Position numbers and translations under genes: made by a program. DNA of 32,000 nucleotides from Prochlorococcus marinus subsp. pastoris str. CCMP1986 (lineage in GTDB: Bacteria; Cyanobacteriota; Cyanobacteriia; PCC-6307; Cyanobiaceae). Where the stretch lies: NCBI RefSeq assembly GCF_000011465.1, contig NC_005072.1, forward strand, positions 750,001 to 782,000, given 5' to 3'. Positions within the stretch are counted from its first letter, which is position 1. Each line of letters opens with the position of its first letter. This document shows positions 1 to 10,951 of the stretch, one piece after another. Under the pieces are notes generated by a model. That model saw nothing but the letters and a program-made list of their open reading frames with translations, had not been told where the DNA came from and made no database searches.

Positions 1-972
1 TGCAACTTCTTTCTTATTAGTATTTACAATTCTAACAGCCTGATTAACAGTAAAATCTCCTTCTACCTCTTTAACTCCTACAACTAGAAGAGAGGCACCT
101 TTTTGCTCAATTGCAAGACAAGCACCTTCATCTAATGTTATTTGTCCAACTGTTTTAATAGCATGAGATAACCAACTTTTTTTATTACCTACTGGTTTAT
201 CAACAGGATGAAATATTGTCCCTATTTTTTTTTCATTGAAAATATTTATTAAATTATTCTCATTTCTGCCATCGGCTAATTGAACTTCTACACCTCCTTT
301 TGTTGCTATTTCAGCAGCAATTAATTTTGTTGTAATACCACCTGTCCCCCATTCGTTATTATAATTTTGGATGTTTTTATCTTTTATAATTTTCAATTGA
401 TTACTATTAACTTCTTTTATTGGATGAGCATCTTCATTATTTCTTGGGTCTTTTGAATATAAATTTTCTATATCAGTTAATAAAATCAGCTTATTGGCAT
501 TTATGGCTAAAGCAACTAAAGCAGAAAGAGTATCATTGTCTCCATATTTAAGCTCTTCATTGGCAATAGAATCATTCTCGTTGACTATAGGTATGACATT
601 CAGATCAATTAACTTTTGAAATGTTTTTGAAGCATTATTGAAGGATTCTCGTGAATCAAAATCAGTTTTTGTTATTAGTATTTGAGCTATATTATGACCT
701 AGCTTTTTCATTGTCTTTTCATATAAAGTCATTAAATTAACTTGTCCCACTGCAGCTACAGCTTGAAGTGCACTGAGTTCCTTTGGTCTTGTATTCAAAT
801 TTAATTTTTTACATCCTAATCCAACCGCACCACTTGTTACGAGAATGACTTTATTGCCTTTAAAAATAAAACTTGTTAGAGATTTACATAAACTTTCTAT
901 TACTTGTTCTGTAGATTGATCCTCATTTCCTCTGAGAATACTAGTACCAATTTTTACGACCCATTTTTTCAT
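1..972 (-). CDS. proB: glutamate 5-kinase (partial, runs off left edge)
   Basis: Reverse-strand translation starts [54 protein letters not shown], typical amino-acid kinase/ProB N-terminus; 4-bp ATGA overlap with the stop of the upstream ORF. Confidence 0.93.
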   Translation of the reverse strand, partial: MKKWVVKIGTSILRGNEDQSTEQVIESLCKSLTSFIFKGNKVILVTSGAVGLGCKKLNLNTRPKELSALQAVAAVGQVNLMTLYEKTMKKLGHNIAQILITKTDFDSRESFNNASKTFQKLIDLNVIPIVNENDSIANEELKYGDNDTLSALVALAINANKLILLTDIENLYSKDPRNNEDAHPIKEVNSNQLKIIKDKNIQNYNNEWGTGGITTKLIAAEIATKGGVEVQLADGRNENNLINIFNEKKIGTIFHPVDKPVGNKKSWLSHAIKTVGQITLDEGACLAIEQKGASLLVVGVKEVEGDFTVNQAVRIVNTNKKEVA

Positions 973-1463
973 TTTAAGAAATTAGAAATCATTTTTTCTA
1001 GGATTAATGTTAAATTTATATTTATTGGTAATCCATTTTTGCTTAATCTTTTAACTAATATTGTTTGAATATTACATCTATTTCCCACGATAATATCTGT
1101 AAAAATTCTATCTCCTATTATTGCAATATTTTTTGAGTCTTCATTCATTTCTGAAATTACATCCAAAGTAATTTTTTTTCTTGGTTTCAGAGCGTTTGAT
1201 TTATATCTGATATCTAATTCCTTAGCAATCTTTCTAATTCGTTCATTAGAGGGATTATTACTAATTAAGTACATAGAGAATAATTTTTTAGATTCTTTTA
1301 TCCAATTTTTTACATTTATTGGAACTATATTTGATTGGCGACTTAATAATGTACCATCAACATCTATTAATAAGCTTTTAATTCCTTCTTTTTGTAGTTT
1401 TAAATGAGATATTTCATATATAGGTAATTTAGAGTCCCAATAGATATTTACAAGAGAACTCAT
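969..1463 (-). CDS. YqeG-family HAD-type phosphatase
   Basis: Motifs [10 protein letters not shown] and [14 protein letters not shown] (HAD DxDGT and GDxxxTDxxxGN). Confidence 0.85.
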   Translation of the reverse strand: MSSLVNIYWDSKLPIYEISHLKLQKEGIKSLLIDVDGTLLSRQSNIVPINVKNWIKESKKLFSMYLISNNPSNERIRKIAKELDIRYKSNALKPRKKITLDVISEMNEDSKNIAIIGDRIFTDIIVGNRCNIQTILVKRLSKNGLPININLTLILEKMISNFLK

Positions 1464-1467
1464 TATT

Positions 1468-2004
1468 TTAAAAACTACTCTTTTCTAACTCAGATTCTAT
1501 TAAGGGTTGAACTTTATCAAATTCATCATCCTCAATTAATAATGCCCCTTGATTGATAAGTTTTCCCACGATAAAAAAAGGATCTAGAGGAATATATAAT
1601 CCATATTCTTGTTCCAATAAATTAAAACTCACAAGTAATTCATATGTTTCACTTTCCTCCTCTATACCATCTTCTTCTAACTCATCATAAATTGGCTCTT
1701 CGAGTTCACCAGATACAGTTAATGTAACTGCGGATCTTATAAGTTTTAGATCATGTTCTTGTAGAACTGCATCAGCATTCTTTAAGACTTGCTCGTTTTT
1801 CTCAATTTTTTCAATTAATTCTGGCTCATCATTTTCATTAATTTTGAATAAACTGACTGGTGTATCTACGGGTGTTAATAATGCATATTCTTTTTCTTCA
1901 ACCTTTACTATTTGTTCAAGATAACAAAATAGTTCATTTCCATTTGAATCATTTAAAATAAGTGTCTGTGCCTCATAATTATCTTTGGAGTTATGATCGT
2001 TCAT
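1468..2004 (-). CDS. DUF3727/DUF1292-like conserved cyanobacterial protein
   Basis: Acidic protein with LNDSNGNELFCYLEQIVKVEEKEYALLTPVDTPV, resembling DUF1292/DUF3727 proteins; position next to ruvX. Confidence 0.7.
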   Translation of the reverse strand: MNDHNSKDNYEAQTLILNDSNGNELFCYLEQIVKVEEKEYALLTPVDTPVSLFKINENDEPELIEKIEKNEQVLKNADAVLQEHDLKLIRSAVTLTVSGELEEPIYDELEEDGIEEESETYELLVSFNLLEQEYGLYIPLDPFFIVGKLINQGALLIEDDEFDKVQPLIESELEKSSF

Positions 2005-2037
2005 TTTTGATTTAACTTATATAGATTTATATTAATA

Positions 2038-2493
2038 TTATATTTGTTTATTACCCACTAATTCTTTTAACTCAGGACCTTCCTGAATCCATTGCTCAAG
2101 AATTATTTTGGCAGATAAGCTATCAATAAGTCCAGATTTATCTTTCTTTACTCCAAATCTATTTGTTGATTCCCACGTTGAGCTATGTTCATTGACGAAG
2201 GAAAAAGGAAGTTTTAATTCATTAAAAAGAAATTCACCATAAGTTTTGCAATCAAGAGCTTGAGATGTCATCCCCCCCGCCTCATCAAGTGGTAAACCAA
2301 CGATAAAACCAGTTAAATTGTGTTTTTTAATGTGTTCTTTAATAATAATTATTTCGTTATTATTTCTTTCTCTCTTTAATGCAGGAAGAATATTTACCGT
2401 AATAAAAAGTGAATCACAATATGCTAATCCTATTCTTTTTAGCCCAACATCTAAACTTAATATTGACTTAGATTTGGGCTTGCAATATTTCAC
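2038..2493 (-). CDS. ruvX: Holliday junction resolvase-like RuvX/YqgF
   Basis: [24 protein letters not shown] and [10 protein letters not shown] motifs. Confidence 0.9.
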   Translation of the reverse strand: MKYCKPKSKSILSLDVGLKRIGLAYCDSLFITVNILPALKRERNNNEIIIIKEHIKKHNLTGFIVGLPLDEAGGMTSQALDCKTYGEFLFNELKLPFSFVNEHSSTWESTNRFGVKKDKSGLIDSLSAKIILEQWIQEGPELKELVGNKQI

Positions 2494-3545
2494 TTAGACT
2501 TCAAAGGAAACGGGGACGGGTAAGCGTTACCTTGTGGATTTAATTTTTCAAAAATTGATTCTAATGATTGGTTTATTTTATTAGTCTGCTTAGATTCGTT
2601 CCTAACAATAGTATTTCTAACAAGGATAATTTCTTGGTAATTATCTCTAAAACCAGAATTCTCTAAATATGTATTTAATTCAGCACTTTCTTCATAAGTC
2701 TTAATTATAGAATAAGGAGATTTTTCAAAAAATTTATTCAGAATATTTTTTAAAATAGGACTTAATCTAGCATCCCAACTTTTACCAATCGTTAATGTAT
2801 AAATTTTATTATCTTGAAAATTTATATCTTTTATAATTGTGCATAAAACAGTATTGTTGTGAATTACTGCCCCGCTATTTGAATCATTTCTATCGGAAAT
2901 ATCTTTTTGATCAAGATCCAATATCGTCCTTATTAATGGAGATTGATTTGAACGAATAAAATTAAGTACATTTACTAAATTTAATTTGGTTATTGCTTGA
3001 AATTCATCAATAAAATAATAATTTTCATTTTTATTTTTAATGGACTTATTAATATTATTTTTACTCCACAGTTTCACCTTTTGTAATGGTTGGAACCCTA
3101 ATTCTCTTGCACTTGAAATAAGGTGATTATTGTCTATATCAGAATTAATTACCCAGCTTGCAGTTTTTATATCTGTAATAGAGATTGATTTCTTTATCAA
3201 TCCTAGTATCAAATCTTTTTCGGTTATTGAAGACTTTATAGTTGTTAAATTAGGCTTCGATATTCTTAAACAAGAACCCTTGAAGTTTAAAGGAAATATA
3301 TTCAAATAACCTACAATTTTTTTTTCCTCTATTGCAATAATACATTTATGCTTAGTTTTTTTTAAGTTATTTAAAAAAATTTTTAAGTCTTCAAAAGTGT
3401 TTATAATTGCCATTTTAAAAAACCAATTATTTAACTTCTCACTTCTAAAATTCATTAATAGATTTAAATGACGAATATGAAGCTCCTCAAAGGTAACTTT
3501 TCTATCTTTATTAGAATTCAAAATATGATTTGAATCTTGTTTCAT
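2490..3545 (-). CDS. conserved hypothetical, possibly GNAT-like N-terminal region
   Basis: Long ORF in tight operon context; ...[16 protein letters not shown]... weakly GNAT-like. Confidence 0.6.
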   Translation of the reverse strand: MKQDSNHILNSNKDRKVTFEELHIRHLNLLMNFRSEKLNNWFFKMAIINTFEDLKIFLNNLKKTKHKCIIAIEEKKIVGYLNIFPLNFKGSCLRISKPNLTTIKSSITEKDLILGLIKKSISITDIKTASWVINSDIDNNHLISSARELGFQPLQKVKLWSKNNINKSIKNKNENYYFIDEFQAITKLNLVNVLNFIRSNQSPLIRTILDLDQKDISDRNDSNSGAVIHNNTVLCTIIKDINFQDNKIYTLTIGKSWDARLSPILKNILNKFFEKSPYSIIKTYEESAELNTYLENSGFRDNYQEIILVRNTIVRNESKQTNKINQSLESIFEKLNPQGNAYPSPFPLKSK

Positions 3546-4706
3546 TTATATATTATTCCTTATTAATACTATAGGTGTTTTTTCATCAGAATTGCCTGCG
3601 GGATTAACCTTTAAGATTTCTTTTAGTAAATTATTTACTGAATTATTTGAACTGGCTAATATTTTTACACCACCAAGATCATTTACATCAACTACGGCTA
3701 CTTCTACTTTAAGCTGTTTTGATAACTTATCACAAAACAATTTCGTATTTATTGGACCCATAACTATGCTTTTATCATATGGAACAACTGTTCCACTTAT
3801 GTCATCAATTAGTGAGGATTCAAAACCAGTTAATCTATAAAATATCCCTTTAATTCCAATACATTTAAATAAAAAACCTAAAATTAATGAAAAGGTTATC
3901 CTCATAACACCTATTTTATCGACAAGTAATTGCATACCACAAGCGGTGGCAAGGCTACTTGTGGGATGAAAAAAATAACATAATATTTTTGAAAAAATAT
4001 TGTATTCTAAGTTTTGAGGTGCAACATATCTTCCTTGCATAATTGCAAGTGGTGTTTCACCTATAGTTAAAATATCTTTCTCTCTTGTGACATTTTTGCA
4101 GTAATCCATAACAGTTTCAATTGGATTATCAAATGAGCCAAGCAAATCAGTTTTAACAGCTATAGCTTTATAACCAAGTTTTAAAGGAATTTCAATTAAT
4201 TCTTTTTTATTATGACGATTTAAATTCACTAATAAACCATCTTGTTTTTTAGTAATGCCAAAATGACCGTAATTTTCCCAAAAAATCTTTAACCATATAT
4301 ATTTGATTTTGTTTTTTAAATCACTATTTTTAAATTTTAAAATTACTTGTATTAATAGTTCTGAATTTGCTTTTATAATTGTTGTTGGCCAATAATTATA
4401 TATATTTTTTTTTATAGATCCAGAATAAATATAAATACTTTCCTCATAATCTAAATCTTTAAGATATTGATTATTTTTAGATTGAAAAAAATCTAAATCT
4501 AGATTTAGATTAGAAACCATAGTTTCTTTATGTTTACTTTTATTGATTATTTTTAAATTAATAATTACTTCACTATTTTTATCTTTATTTCTATATTTAT
4601 AATCTAGGGGTAATAAAACCAAATTTGATTTGAGGGATTTATTAAAATAAAAATCTAGAAATATTTTTAAAAATAAAAATAAGAAAATAATTTTTAGAAT
4701 AATCAT
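3546..4706 (-). CDS. F420-0:gamma-glutamyl ligase-like (CofE-like) membrane protein
   Basis: GIKGIFYRLTGFESSLIDDISGTVVPYDKSIVMGP, ...AVVDVNDLGGVKILASS...; N-terminal TM. Confidence 0.7.
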   Translation of the reverse strand: MIILKIIFLFLFLKIFLDFYFNKSLKSNLVLLPLDYKYRNKDKNSEVIINLKIINKSKHKETMVSNLNLDLDFFQSKNNQYLKDLDYEESIYIYSGSIKKNIYNYWPTTIIKANSELLIQVILKFKNSDLKNKIKYIWLKIFWENYGHFGITKKQDGLLVNLNRHNKKELIEIPLKLGYKAIAVKTDLLGSFDNPIETVMDYCKNVTREKDILTIGETPLAIMQGRYVAPQNLEYNIFSKILCYFFHPTSSLATACGMQLLVDKIGVMRITFSLILGFLFKCIGIKGIFYRLTGFESSLIDDISGTVVPYDKSIVMGPINTKLFCDKLSKQLKVEVAVVDVNDLGGVKILASSNNSVNNLLKEILKVNPAGNSDEKTPIVLIRNNI

Positions 4707-4729
4707 ATGTTTGTTATTTTAAAAACTCA

Positions 4730-5272
4730 TTAGAGATCATTTTTTTTTTCTGAGATAATACTGTTGTATTCGTTAAAGCTTTCAACTGAGAATGATGTCT
4801 CATTAATGTCTATCCCTTTTAATTCTCCAATAATCTTATTTAAATCATCAATATTAACCAATCCATTCTTATCATATTTAACTTCTCCAGTGCTATCCAA
4901 AATTATAGTCTGAGGAATTAAACCATTCCAATAATAACTAGGTAGATTCGAGTCTGTTTTAGAAGAGTTACTTTGTAATTCATCTGTAGTAAGAGCAATT
5001 AAGTCAATATTATTTCTCCAAATAAGATCTAATCCAGAGATTATTGGAGCCATAGCTTTACTGTCAGAGCTGTCGTCAAGATAAAAAAATAAAACAGAGA
5101 TCCTTCCGTTTTTTAATGATTCTTCAAGAGTAGTTTGAGGAGGAACTATAGCTCCATTACCTGCATATATTGGAAAAATATTTCCGTCATAGCTATTTGT
5201 ATCTCTACTTGCATTAGCGGGATAAGAAGTAATAAATATTAATAAGATAAGTATTGATTGAAATAACTTCAT
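4730..5272 (-). CDS. exported thioredoxin-fold-like protein
   Basis: Signal peptide (MKLFQSILILLIFITSYPANA) followed by thioredoxin-like order ISVLFFYLDDSSDSKAM...LIPQTIILDSTGEV. Confidence 0.6.
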   Translation of the reverse strand: MKLFQSILILLIFITSYPANASRDTNSYDGNIFPIYAGNGAIVPPQTTLEESLKNGRISVLFFYLDDSSDSKAMAPIISGLDLIWRNNIDLIALTTDELQSNSSKTDSNLPSYYWNGLIPQTIILDSTGEVKYDKNGLVNIDDLNKIIGELKGIDINETSFSVESFNEYNSIISEKKNDL

Positions 5273-5286
5273 TAAAGGAAGGAAAT

Positions 5287-6909
5287 TTATTTAGTGCTAG
5301 ATCTACCTAAACCTTGTAGGATTCCTTTCCCAACTAAACCAATAGCTTTGCCTACTACTTTTGTTAAGAAATTCACGAAAAGGTTACCAATATATTTTAC
5401 AGCAATTTCTAATTGAGGAGCTATTGCATCTCTAATTTCAACTAATAAAGTAACTTGTTTTTGAAACCACTCTAAATTTTCTAGTTCTTTTTCTCTATTC
5501 TCATTTTTATAGTATCTTGTAAATTTAGAATCAATGATATCGATATATTCGCGTTTACTTTCATATAAATAGATTGGCATATAAATATTTTCATGCCATC
5601 TATTATAGTTGTTGATATTATTTCTAAATCTCTCAAAAGATCTTGTAGATTGCAATTGTGGATTTATCAGTATTGTTCTTAATTCCGGCCAGCTTGAACA
5701 AATATTAAATACTTCAGAGGCTAATAAATTACAATTTCTTATTATCCAATTAGATATTATATTTTCTAGAACAATAAATGACTCTGTTTCGTATAGAGGT
5801 AATAGTTTGCCATCAAAATCTATGGGTTCATTTTTTATTATTGGATCTATAAACATTATTGATTCATGTGACTCTCTATCTTTTTCATTGCAAGTTACTT
5901 CTTTATAAATATATTCATTAATTGAGATGGACTCGCCATTTTTTTTAACTCTGAAATAGCTTTCAGTTATATTTGATATGGTATTAAGCTTAAGTTCTTC
6001 AATAAGAGAATTAAAGTCCTCTTTATAGTCTTTTTCTTTATAATTTTCTTTTATGTTTTTTATTAAATTATCAAGTTCATCAAGCATTGTACAAATTAGA
6101 CGTGAAATAAACTCTTTTTTTATACCTGACAAAATGATAGATGAATTATTAAATTCAACATCAAAATTGGTTGAAGCATACCTCTTACTAAGACGATCAA
6201 GTATTAAATCCCAAATTTCTAATGTATTTTTATCTTTTATAAAAATAGTATTAGTATTTTTATTTTCTATATTGATTTTGTTTTCAGTGTAAATAGCTTC
6301 TGAATAAAGGTCTAAGGAATTGCCCCATAGGAATATTAGGAAGGATTTGGCAGTTATTAGTTCTCTTAATCTTCCCTTTAAAATGAATTTGTAAAATTCA
6401 GGTGTTGAGTCAGAATTCACATATTTGAAAATATAATTTATTTCATTATCAATTTGTTTGAGACCAGATGATAATAATTTCTGATTAAAAGTAAGTTCTT
6501 TTTCTTTTTTAACAACTACAGAAGGATTATTTTCCAAGTCGAATACTCTCCCTCCCTCTGAGATGATATTTATAGACTCTAAAACTTTATCAACACTTGG
6601 ATTTAAAAGTAAACCTTCACTATTTAAAGAGGGAGTTACTTTTGTTTTATTTAAAAGTTCACCAGAAAAAATTACAAGAATATTTGATTCATCCCACCTC
6701 TCTTTTAATTTTAATAATTCCAATCTTATGAGATCTTCAGATTGGTAATTAAGAATATTCCATATTATTAAATCTGGATTTAAATTTTTACTACTGCTAT
6801 CCAGTGTGATATTTAAATTATTGTCTAATGAAGTCAACTTTAATGATAAAGATTCTGCAATTAAGCTTGGAGCAATAATTAGGATTGATTTCTTCTTAAT
6901 TAATTCCAA
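5287..6909 (-). CDS. DUF3685-like conserved cyanobacterial protein, response-regulator-like N-terminus
   Basis: 540-aa intact ORF; N-terminus resembles a receiver-like fold; C-terminus AIAPQLEIAVKYIGNLFVNFLTKVVGKAIGLVGKGILQGLGR. Confidence 0.6.
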   Translation of the reverse strand: MELIKKKSILIIAPSLIAESLSLKLTSLDNNLNITLDSSSKNLNPDLIIWNILNYQSEDLIRLELLKLKERWDESNILVIFSGELLNKTKVTPSLNSEGLLLNPSVDKVLESINIISEGGRVFDLENNPSVVVKKEKELTFNQKLLSSGLKQIDNEINYIFKYVNSDSTPEFYKFILKGRLRELITAKSFLIFLWGNSLDLYSEAIYTENKINIENKNTNTIFIKDKNTLEIWDLILDRLSKRYASTNFDVEFNNSSIILSGIKKEFISRLICTMLDELDNLIKNIKENYKEKDYKEDFNSLIEELKLNTISNITESYFRVKKNGESISINEYIYKEVTCNEKDRESHESIMFIDPIIKNEPIDFDGKLLPLYETESFIVLENIISNWIIRNCNLLASEVFNICSSWPELRTILINPQLQSTRSFERFRNNINNYNRWHENIYMPIYLYESKREYIDIIDSKFTRYYKNENREKELENLEWFQKQVTLLVEIRDAIAPQLEIAVKYIGNLFVNFLTKVVGKAIGLVGKGILQGLGRSSTK

Positions 6910-6988
6910 TTTTAAAACTCTACCTCTAATACAAAATTAACTAACAAATTCGTTAAAAACCAGTGCTTTATAAATATTTACTGGGTTT

Positions 6989-7756
6989 TCAGGCGTAATA
7001 GTCTTTATTAATTGGAATATCATTTATTCTTTCTGTAGATAAAATATTACTTGCTTCACTTATTGTAAATTTATTTTCATAAAGAGCTTTTCCTACTATT
7101 ACTCCATATAGTCCAGAATCTTCAAATTTAGTTAATGATAACAAGTCTGAAATTGAACCTACACCGCCTGATGCAATAACAGGAATATCAGTAATTTCAA
7201 GAATCTTTTTTATAAAAACTTCATTAGTCCCTTCTAGAGTTCCATCGGTATTAATATCTGTAACAATAAAACTGGCAATTTTAAAAGAGGAAAATTCTTG
7301 TACTAATTCTGTGGCTAATACATCTGATTGTTTTAGCCATCCCCTTGTGCTTACTTTTCCCTCCTTTGCATCTATTCCAATAATAATTCTGCTTGGGAAT
7401 TTGGTTGATAAGCTTTTAACTAGTTCTTTATTTTCTATAGCGGAAGTTCCCATAATAACCTTATCCACGCCGTAAGAAAATAATTGTTTAATCCTTTCTA
7501 GCGATCTTATACCTCCTCCAATTTGAATAGGAATATTAACTGATTTGACAATCTTTTGAATTGATTGATCATTTGTTGGAATACCGGTCTTAGCAGCATC
7601 CAGATCAACAATATGAATACATTTTGCTCCCTCATTCTCCCAGTATTTTGCTTGCTCATAAGGTTCTCTGGAGAAGTCTTTTTTCTTGTTAAAGTCACCT
7701 TTAAAAAGTCTTACACATTTACCATTCATTAAATCTATGGCTGGAATTAGTTTCAT
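6989..7756 (-). CDS. hisA: 1-(5-phosphoribosyl)-5-[(5-phosphoribosylamino)methylideneamino] imidazole-4-carboxamide isomerase
   Basis: MKLIPAIDLMNGKCVRLFKGDF, IQIGGGIRS, VIASGGV motifs. Confidence 0.97.
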   Translation of the reverse strand: MKLIPAIDLMNGKCVRLFKGDFNKKKDFSREPYEQAKYWENEGAKCIHIVDLDAAKTGIPTNDQSIQKIVKSVNIPIQIGGGIRSLERIKQLFSYGVDKVIMGTSAIENKELVKSLSTKFPSRIIIGIDAKEGKVSTRGWLKQSDVLATELVQEFSSFKIASFIVTDINTDGTLEGTNEVFIKKILEITDIPVIASGGVGSISDLLSLTKFEDSGLYGVIVGKALYENKFTISEASNILSTERINDIPINKDYYA

Positions 7757-7848
7757 GGATTTATCCTTTTCATTAATTACTTCTTAGTAGTACTATTCAT
7801 TATGTAGTTCTAACTTAGGTTACTACTTTAGTTTAGTATTTTTTGAAT

Positions 7849-8769
7849 ATGAAAATTCTTGTAATGGGTGGAACAAGATTTGTTGGCAAGTCTTTGGTGA
7901 GTAAATTGCTAAATCAAAATCATGATATTGATATTTTTACAAGGGGTAATAAAACTAATCCTGACAATACAAATTTAATAAAAGGTGATAGAAATGATAT
8001 CGAATGTATTCTTAAACTAAAAAACAAAAAATATGATGTAATTTTCGATATCTCTGGTCGTGAAGTAGAGCAAACTAAACTTCTTATCGAGAATTTAGAC
8101 GATTCTTTCTTTAGATATATCTATGTAAGTTCAGCTGGAGTTTATAAAGATAACTATGAATTACCTTTATCCGAGGATTCTCCGCTTGATACTAATAGTA
8201 GACACAAAGGAAAATTTGAAACTGAAAATTGGTTAGTTGAGAAAAAAATACCTTTTACAAGTTTTAGACCTACTTATATTTATGGACCTGGAAATTATAA
8301 TAAAATTGAAAATTGGTTTTTTGAAAGACTATTTCATCTTAAATCAATCCCAATTCCTGCTGATGGTTCCTTGATTACTCAGTTAGGGCATGTTTCTGAT
8401 TTAAGTGATGTAATGATTAAGTGTTTGGATTTTGAAAAATCTAAAAATAGTATCTATAACTGTTCTGGAGAAAGAGGAGTAACTATAAAAGGTTTAATTT
8501 ATTTGTGTGCAGAAGTTTGTGGTTTAAATAAAACCGATATTTATTTAAATAAATTTGATTTTGAAAAATTAGATCCTAAATCAAGAAAGGGATTCCCAAT
8601 AAGATTAAATCATTATCAAACTGATATTTCAAAAATTAAAAACGATTTAAATTGGAAACCAAAATTTGATTTACTTAGTGGTTTGAAAGACAGCTTTATC
8701 AAAGATTACCAATTTAAAAAGGACAATAAATTTGATAGAACTTCAGATAGTGTTCTTTTTAACGCGTAA
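7849..8769 (+). CDS. NAD(P)-dependent epimerase/dehydratase (CSP41-like SDR)
   Basis: MKILVMGGTRFVGKSLVSKLL Rossmann motif, YVSSAGVY; start chosen at internal Met (track start is 7843). Confidence 0.85.
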   Translation: MKILVMGGTRFVGKSLVSKLLNQNHDIDIFTRGNKTNPDNTNLIKGDRNDIECILKLKNKKYDVIFDISGREVEQTKLLIENLDDSFFRYIYVSSAGVYKDNYELPLSEDSPLDTNSRHKGKFETENWLVEKKIPFTSFRPTYIYGPGNYNKIENWFFERLFHLKSIPIPADGSLITQLGHVSDLSDVMIKCLDFEKSKNSIYNCSGERGVTIKGLIYLCAEVCGLNKTDIYLNKFDFEKLDPKSRKGFPIRLNHYQTDISKIKNDLNWKPKFDLLSGLKDSFIKDYQFKKDNKFDRTSDSVLFNA

Positions 8770-9285
8770 ATAATCTATAAAAGTTATAAGTGTCAATATA
8801 AATCCCAACCAATAAAATGTTATTCCTAAAGTAGATAATAAATCTTTTGAAAATGGTTGAAAAAATATAATTAATGCAATAAAAAAGGAGAAGGTTTTAT
8901 ATTTCCCAAGTTGAGAGGCAGGTAATCCATCTTTCTTAGTAGTTCTTAATGCAGATATTATTAATTCTCTAAATAATATTATTGCTAATGACCAAAAAGG
9001 GATTATTTCCATTTTACTTAGCCACAATAAAGGTATTAACAAAAATATTTTGTCTGATAATGGGTCAATAATAGCTCCAAACTTCGTTGTAAGATAAAAT
9101 TTTCTTGCAAAATATCCATCAAAATAATCAGTGATGCCTCCAAGAATAATTAAAGCAAAAACAAAATTAGGTCTGTTTATTTCTAGAAATATTATTAGTG
9201 GAAATGTAAGAAATAATCGAGATATTGTTAATATATTTGGAATATTTGCTATTAATTTTTTAATATTTTTTGTTTTGTTTAGCAA
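8743..9285 (-). CDS. pgsA: CDP-diacylglycerol--glycerol-3-phosphate 3-phosphatidyltransferase
   Basis: CDP-alcohol phosphotransferase motif DYFDGYFARKFYLTTKFGAIIDPLSDK. Confidence 0.9.
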   Translation of the reverse strand: MLNKTKNIKKLIANIPNILTISRLFLTFPLIIFLEINRPNFVFALIILGGITDYFDGYFARKFYLTTKFGAIIDPLSDKIFLLIPLLWLSKMEIIPFWSLAIILFRELIISALRTTKKDGLPASQLGKYKTFSFFIALIIFFQPFSKDLLSTLGITFYWLGFILTLITFIDYLRVKKNTI

Positions 9286-9420
9286 AATATTTTTTATAAA
9301 TAAAGTACATTTTACACTTATATTGTGTTTTAAGTTTTAACAAAATTCTAAAGATTATAAACACTTCTTCTATCTAAGAATCATTTTATTTTATATTAAT
9401 AAAATATTATTTATAACTAA

Positions 9421-10032
9421 ATGCGACCTCATAGCTTAAAGCTATCTCCAGATTCTGATTTGATTATTTGTATTAAAGAATATTCTTTATCAAATAATCT
9501 ATATGGTTATGTTTCAGGTGTAGTAGGTAATCTTAGTAAGGCTTGTATTCAGTGTCCTGGCAACCAAGAAATTAGTAAATTTGAAGGTAACTTAGAAATA
9601 GTATCCCTTAATGGAAATTTTAATAATGGCGATGTCCATATTCATCTAAGCTTCGCAGATGAGGGATGTAATGTTTTTGGAGGTCATTTAGAAGAAGGCT
9701 CGATTATTAAAAAAGGGACGGACATTTTATTAGTTTCTTTTGAAAATGAGACTATTGATATCTCTAATCAAAATTTAACTAACAATCAATCACGAGTTAA
9801 AGTATATATCCTTAAAAATTGTCCTTGGTCAAAGAGAAGTCTTAGGTTACTTGATTCGTTATCTATTCCGCATGAAGCGATTTTGATCGAGAGTGACAAA
9901 GAGTTTCAAAAGGTTAATTCTTTAAGTAATCACAATACTTTTCCTCAAATATTTTTAGATGATGTTTTTTTTGGAGGATATGATGAACTATCAAAACAAG
10001 CTAAACATGATTATTTAAATTCATTTAAATAA
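9421..10032 (+). CDS. PPC/DUF296 domain fused to C-terminal glutaredoxin
   Basis: N-terminal GYVSGVVGNLSKACI...LEIVSLNGNF...GDVHIHLSFAD...VFGGHLEEG (PPC/DUF296); C-terminal VKVYILKNCPWSKRSLRLLDSL...FPQIFLDDVFFGGYDEL (glutaredoxin, CPWS active site). Confidence 0.8.
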   Translation: MRPHSLKLSPDSDLIICIKEYSLSNNLYGYVSGVVGNLSKACIQCPGNQEISKFEGNLEIVSLNGNFNNGDVHIHLSFADEGCNVFGGHLEEGSIIKKGTDILLVSFENETIDISNQNLTNNQSRVKVYILKNCPWSKRSLRLLDSLSIPHEAILIESDKEFQKVNSLSNHNTFPQIFLDDVFFGGYDELSKQAKHDYLNSFK

Positions 10033-10043
10033 TCATGTTTAAG

Positions 10044-10232
10044 CTATTTGTCTCGATTTATAAGTTTTTCAGAATTTAATTCATCCTCTAGCTGCTTTAT
10101 TAATCTCGCAACTAGAGTTTGAAATTCCGGCTGACATCCTTTAAATGCTGCTTTATGCCTAATTGGCTCATTTCTTGTTCTTAAATCAGTAAGCATCAAT
10201 TGTAATGCATCAATATTTGGGTTTATTTTCAT
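10044..10232 (-). CDS. conserved small hypothetical protein
   Basis: 62-aa ORF in tight gene context. Confidence 0.6.
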   Translation of the reverse strand: MKINPNIDALQLMLTDLRTRNEPIRHKAAFKGCQPEFQTLVARLIKQLEDELNSEKLINRDK

Positions 10233-10256
10233 TGTTTTTATTTATTTTTGCATCTT

Positions 10257-10916
10257 TTAAATATTTTGCATAGCCTTTTTAAAAGATACTTTTTTATTCT
10301 CACTGGAACTTGTTACTTCTATTGTTTTATTAAAAGATTGTTTGTTACTTAAGGAATCTATACAACATTTTGCTACTAGTCTTCTTGGTATAGAACCTTT
10401 AAATTGTGTATCTTCTTTTGAGTAATCTATGTTCTCATCTTTTATTTTTTCAATTTCTTTTAATCCTCCAGGCCTTATGATTGTCCAATCGAAATTTTGA
10501 TTTTTTAGAAAGTTCTCACCAATTTTTTTCCATATAAGAATTAAACCAAATAAGTTTAATGGGTGAAAAAATTTACCAGTACACAAAGAGCTTACTAAAA
10601 TAACTCTCTTTATTCCGACTCTTTTACAACTTTGTAATTGTCTATACACCCCTAGTGCATCTACTTTTGCAGGTCCAGTTAAATCTAATGAAGCTCTTGC
10701 CCCAGTAGCAATTATTAATGCATCCACATTTTCTAAAGCCTTATCTAATGCAACTTTATTATCTAATGAAATTCTAAAGGTTTCGGTATTTTTAAGATTC
10801 TTTGGAATCTTTGAATTTTTCCTAACTATCTGCTTTACTTTTATTCCTTTCTTCACTGCTTCTTCCGTTATTCTATATCCTGTTTTACCTGAAGCTCCAG
10901 TAATCGCAATTTTCAT
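10257..10916 (-). CDS. NAD(P)-binding SDR family protein
   Basis: MKIAITGASGKTGYRI, VILVSSLCTG, WTIIRPGGL. Confidence 0.85.
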   Translation of the reverse strand: MKIAITGASGKTGYRITEEAVKKGIKVKQIVRKNSKIPKNLKNTETFRISLDNKVALDKALENVDALIIATGARASLDLTGPAKVDALGVYRQLQSCKRVGIKRVILVSSLCTGKFFHPLNLFGLILIWKKIGENFLKNQNFDWTIIRPGGLKEIEKIKDENIDYSKEDTQFKGSIPRRLVAKCCIDSLSNKQSFNKTIEVTSSSENKKVSFKKAMQNI

Positions 10917-10951
10917 GATAATCTATTTAATTTTATAATTATATGAGGTTT

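Noticed and set aside
3592-3840. + strand ORF of 82 aa antisense to 3546..4706
   Set aside because: Lies wholly within a well-supported opposite-strand gene; composition looks like a mirror-strand artefact. The same applies to ORFs at 5609..5908, 6053..6292, 6563..6748, 7507..7698, 9131..9340, 11996..12268, 12356..12664, 16683..16865, 16820..17008, 26579..27022, 28703..28903 and 29855..30064.
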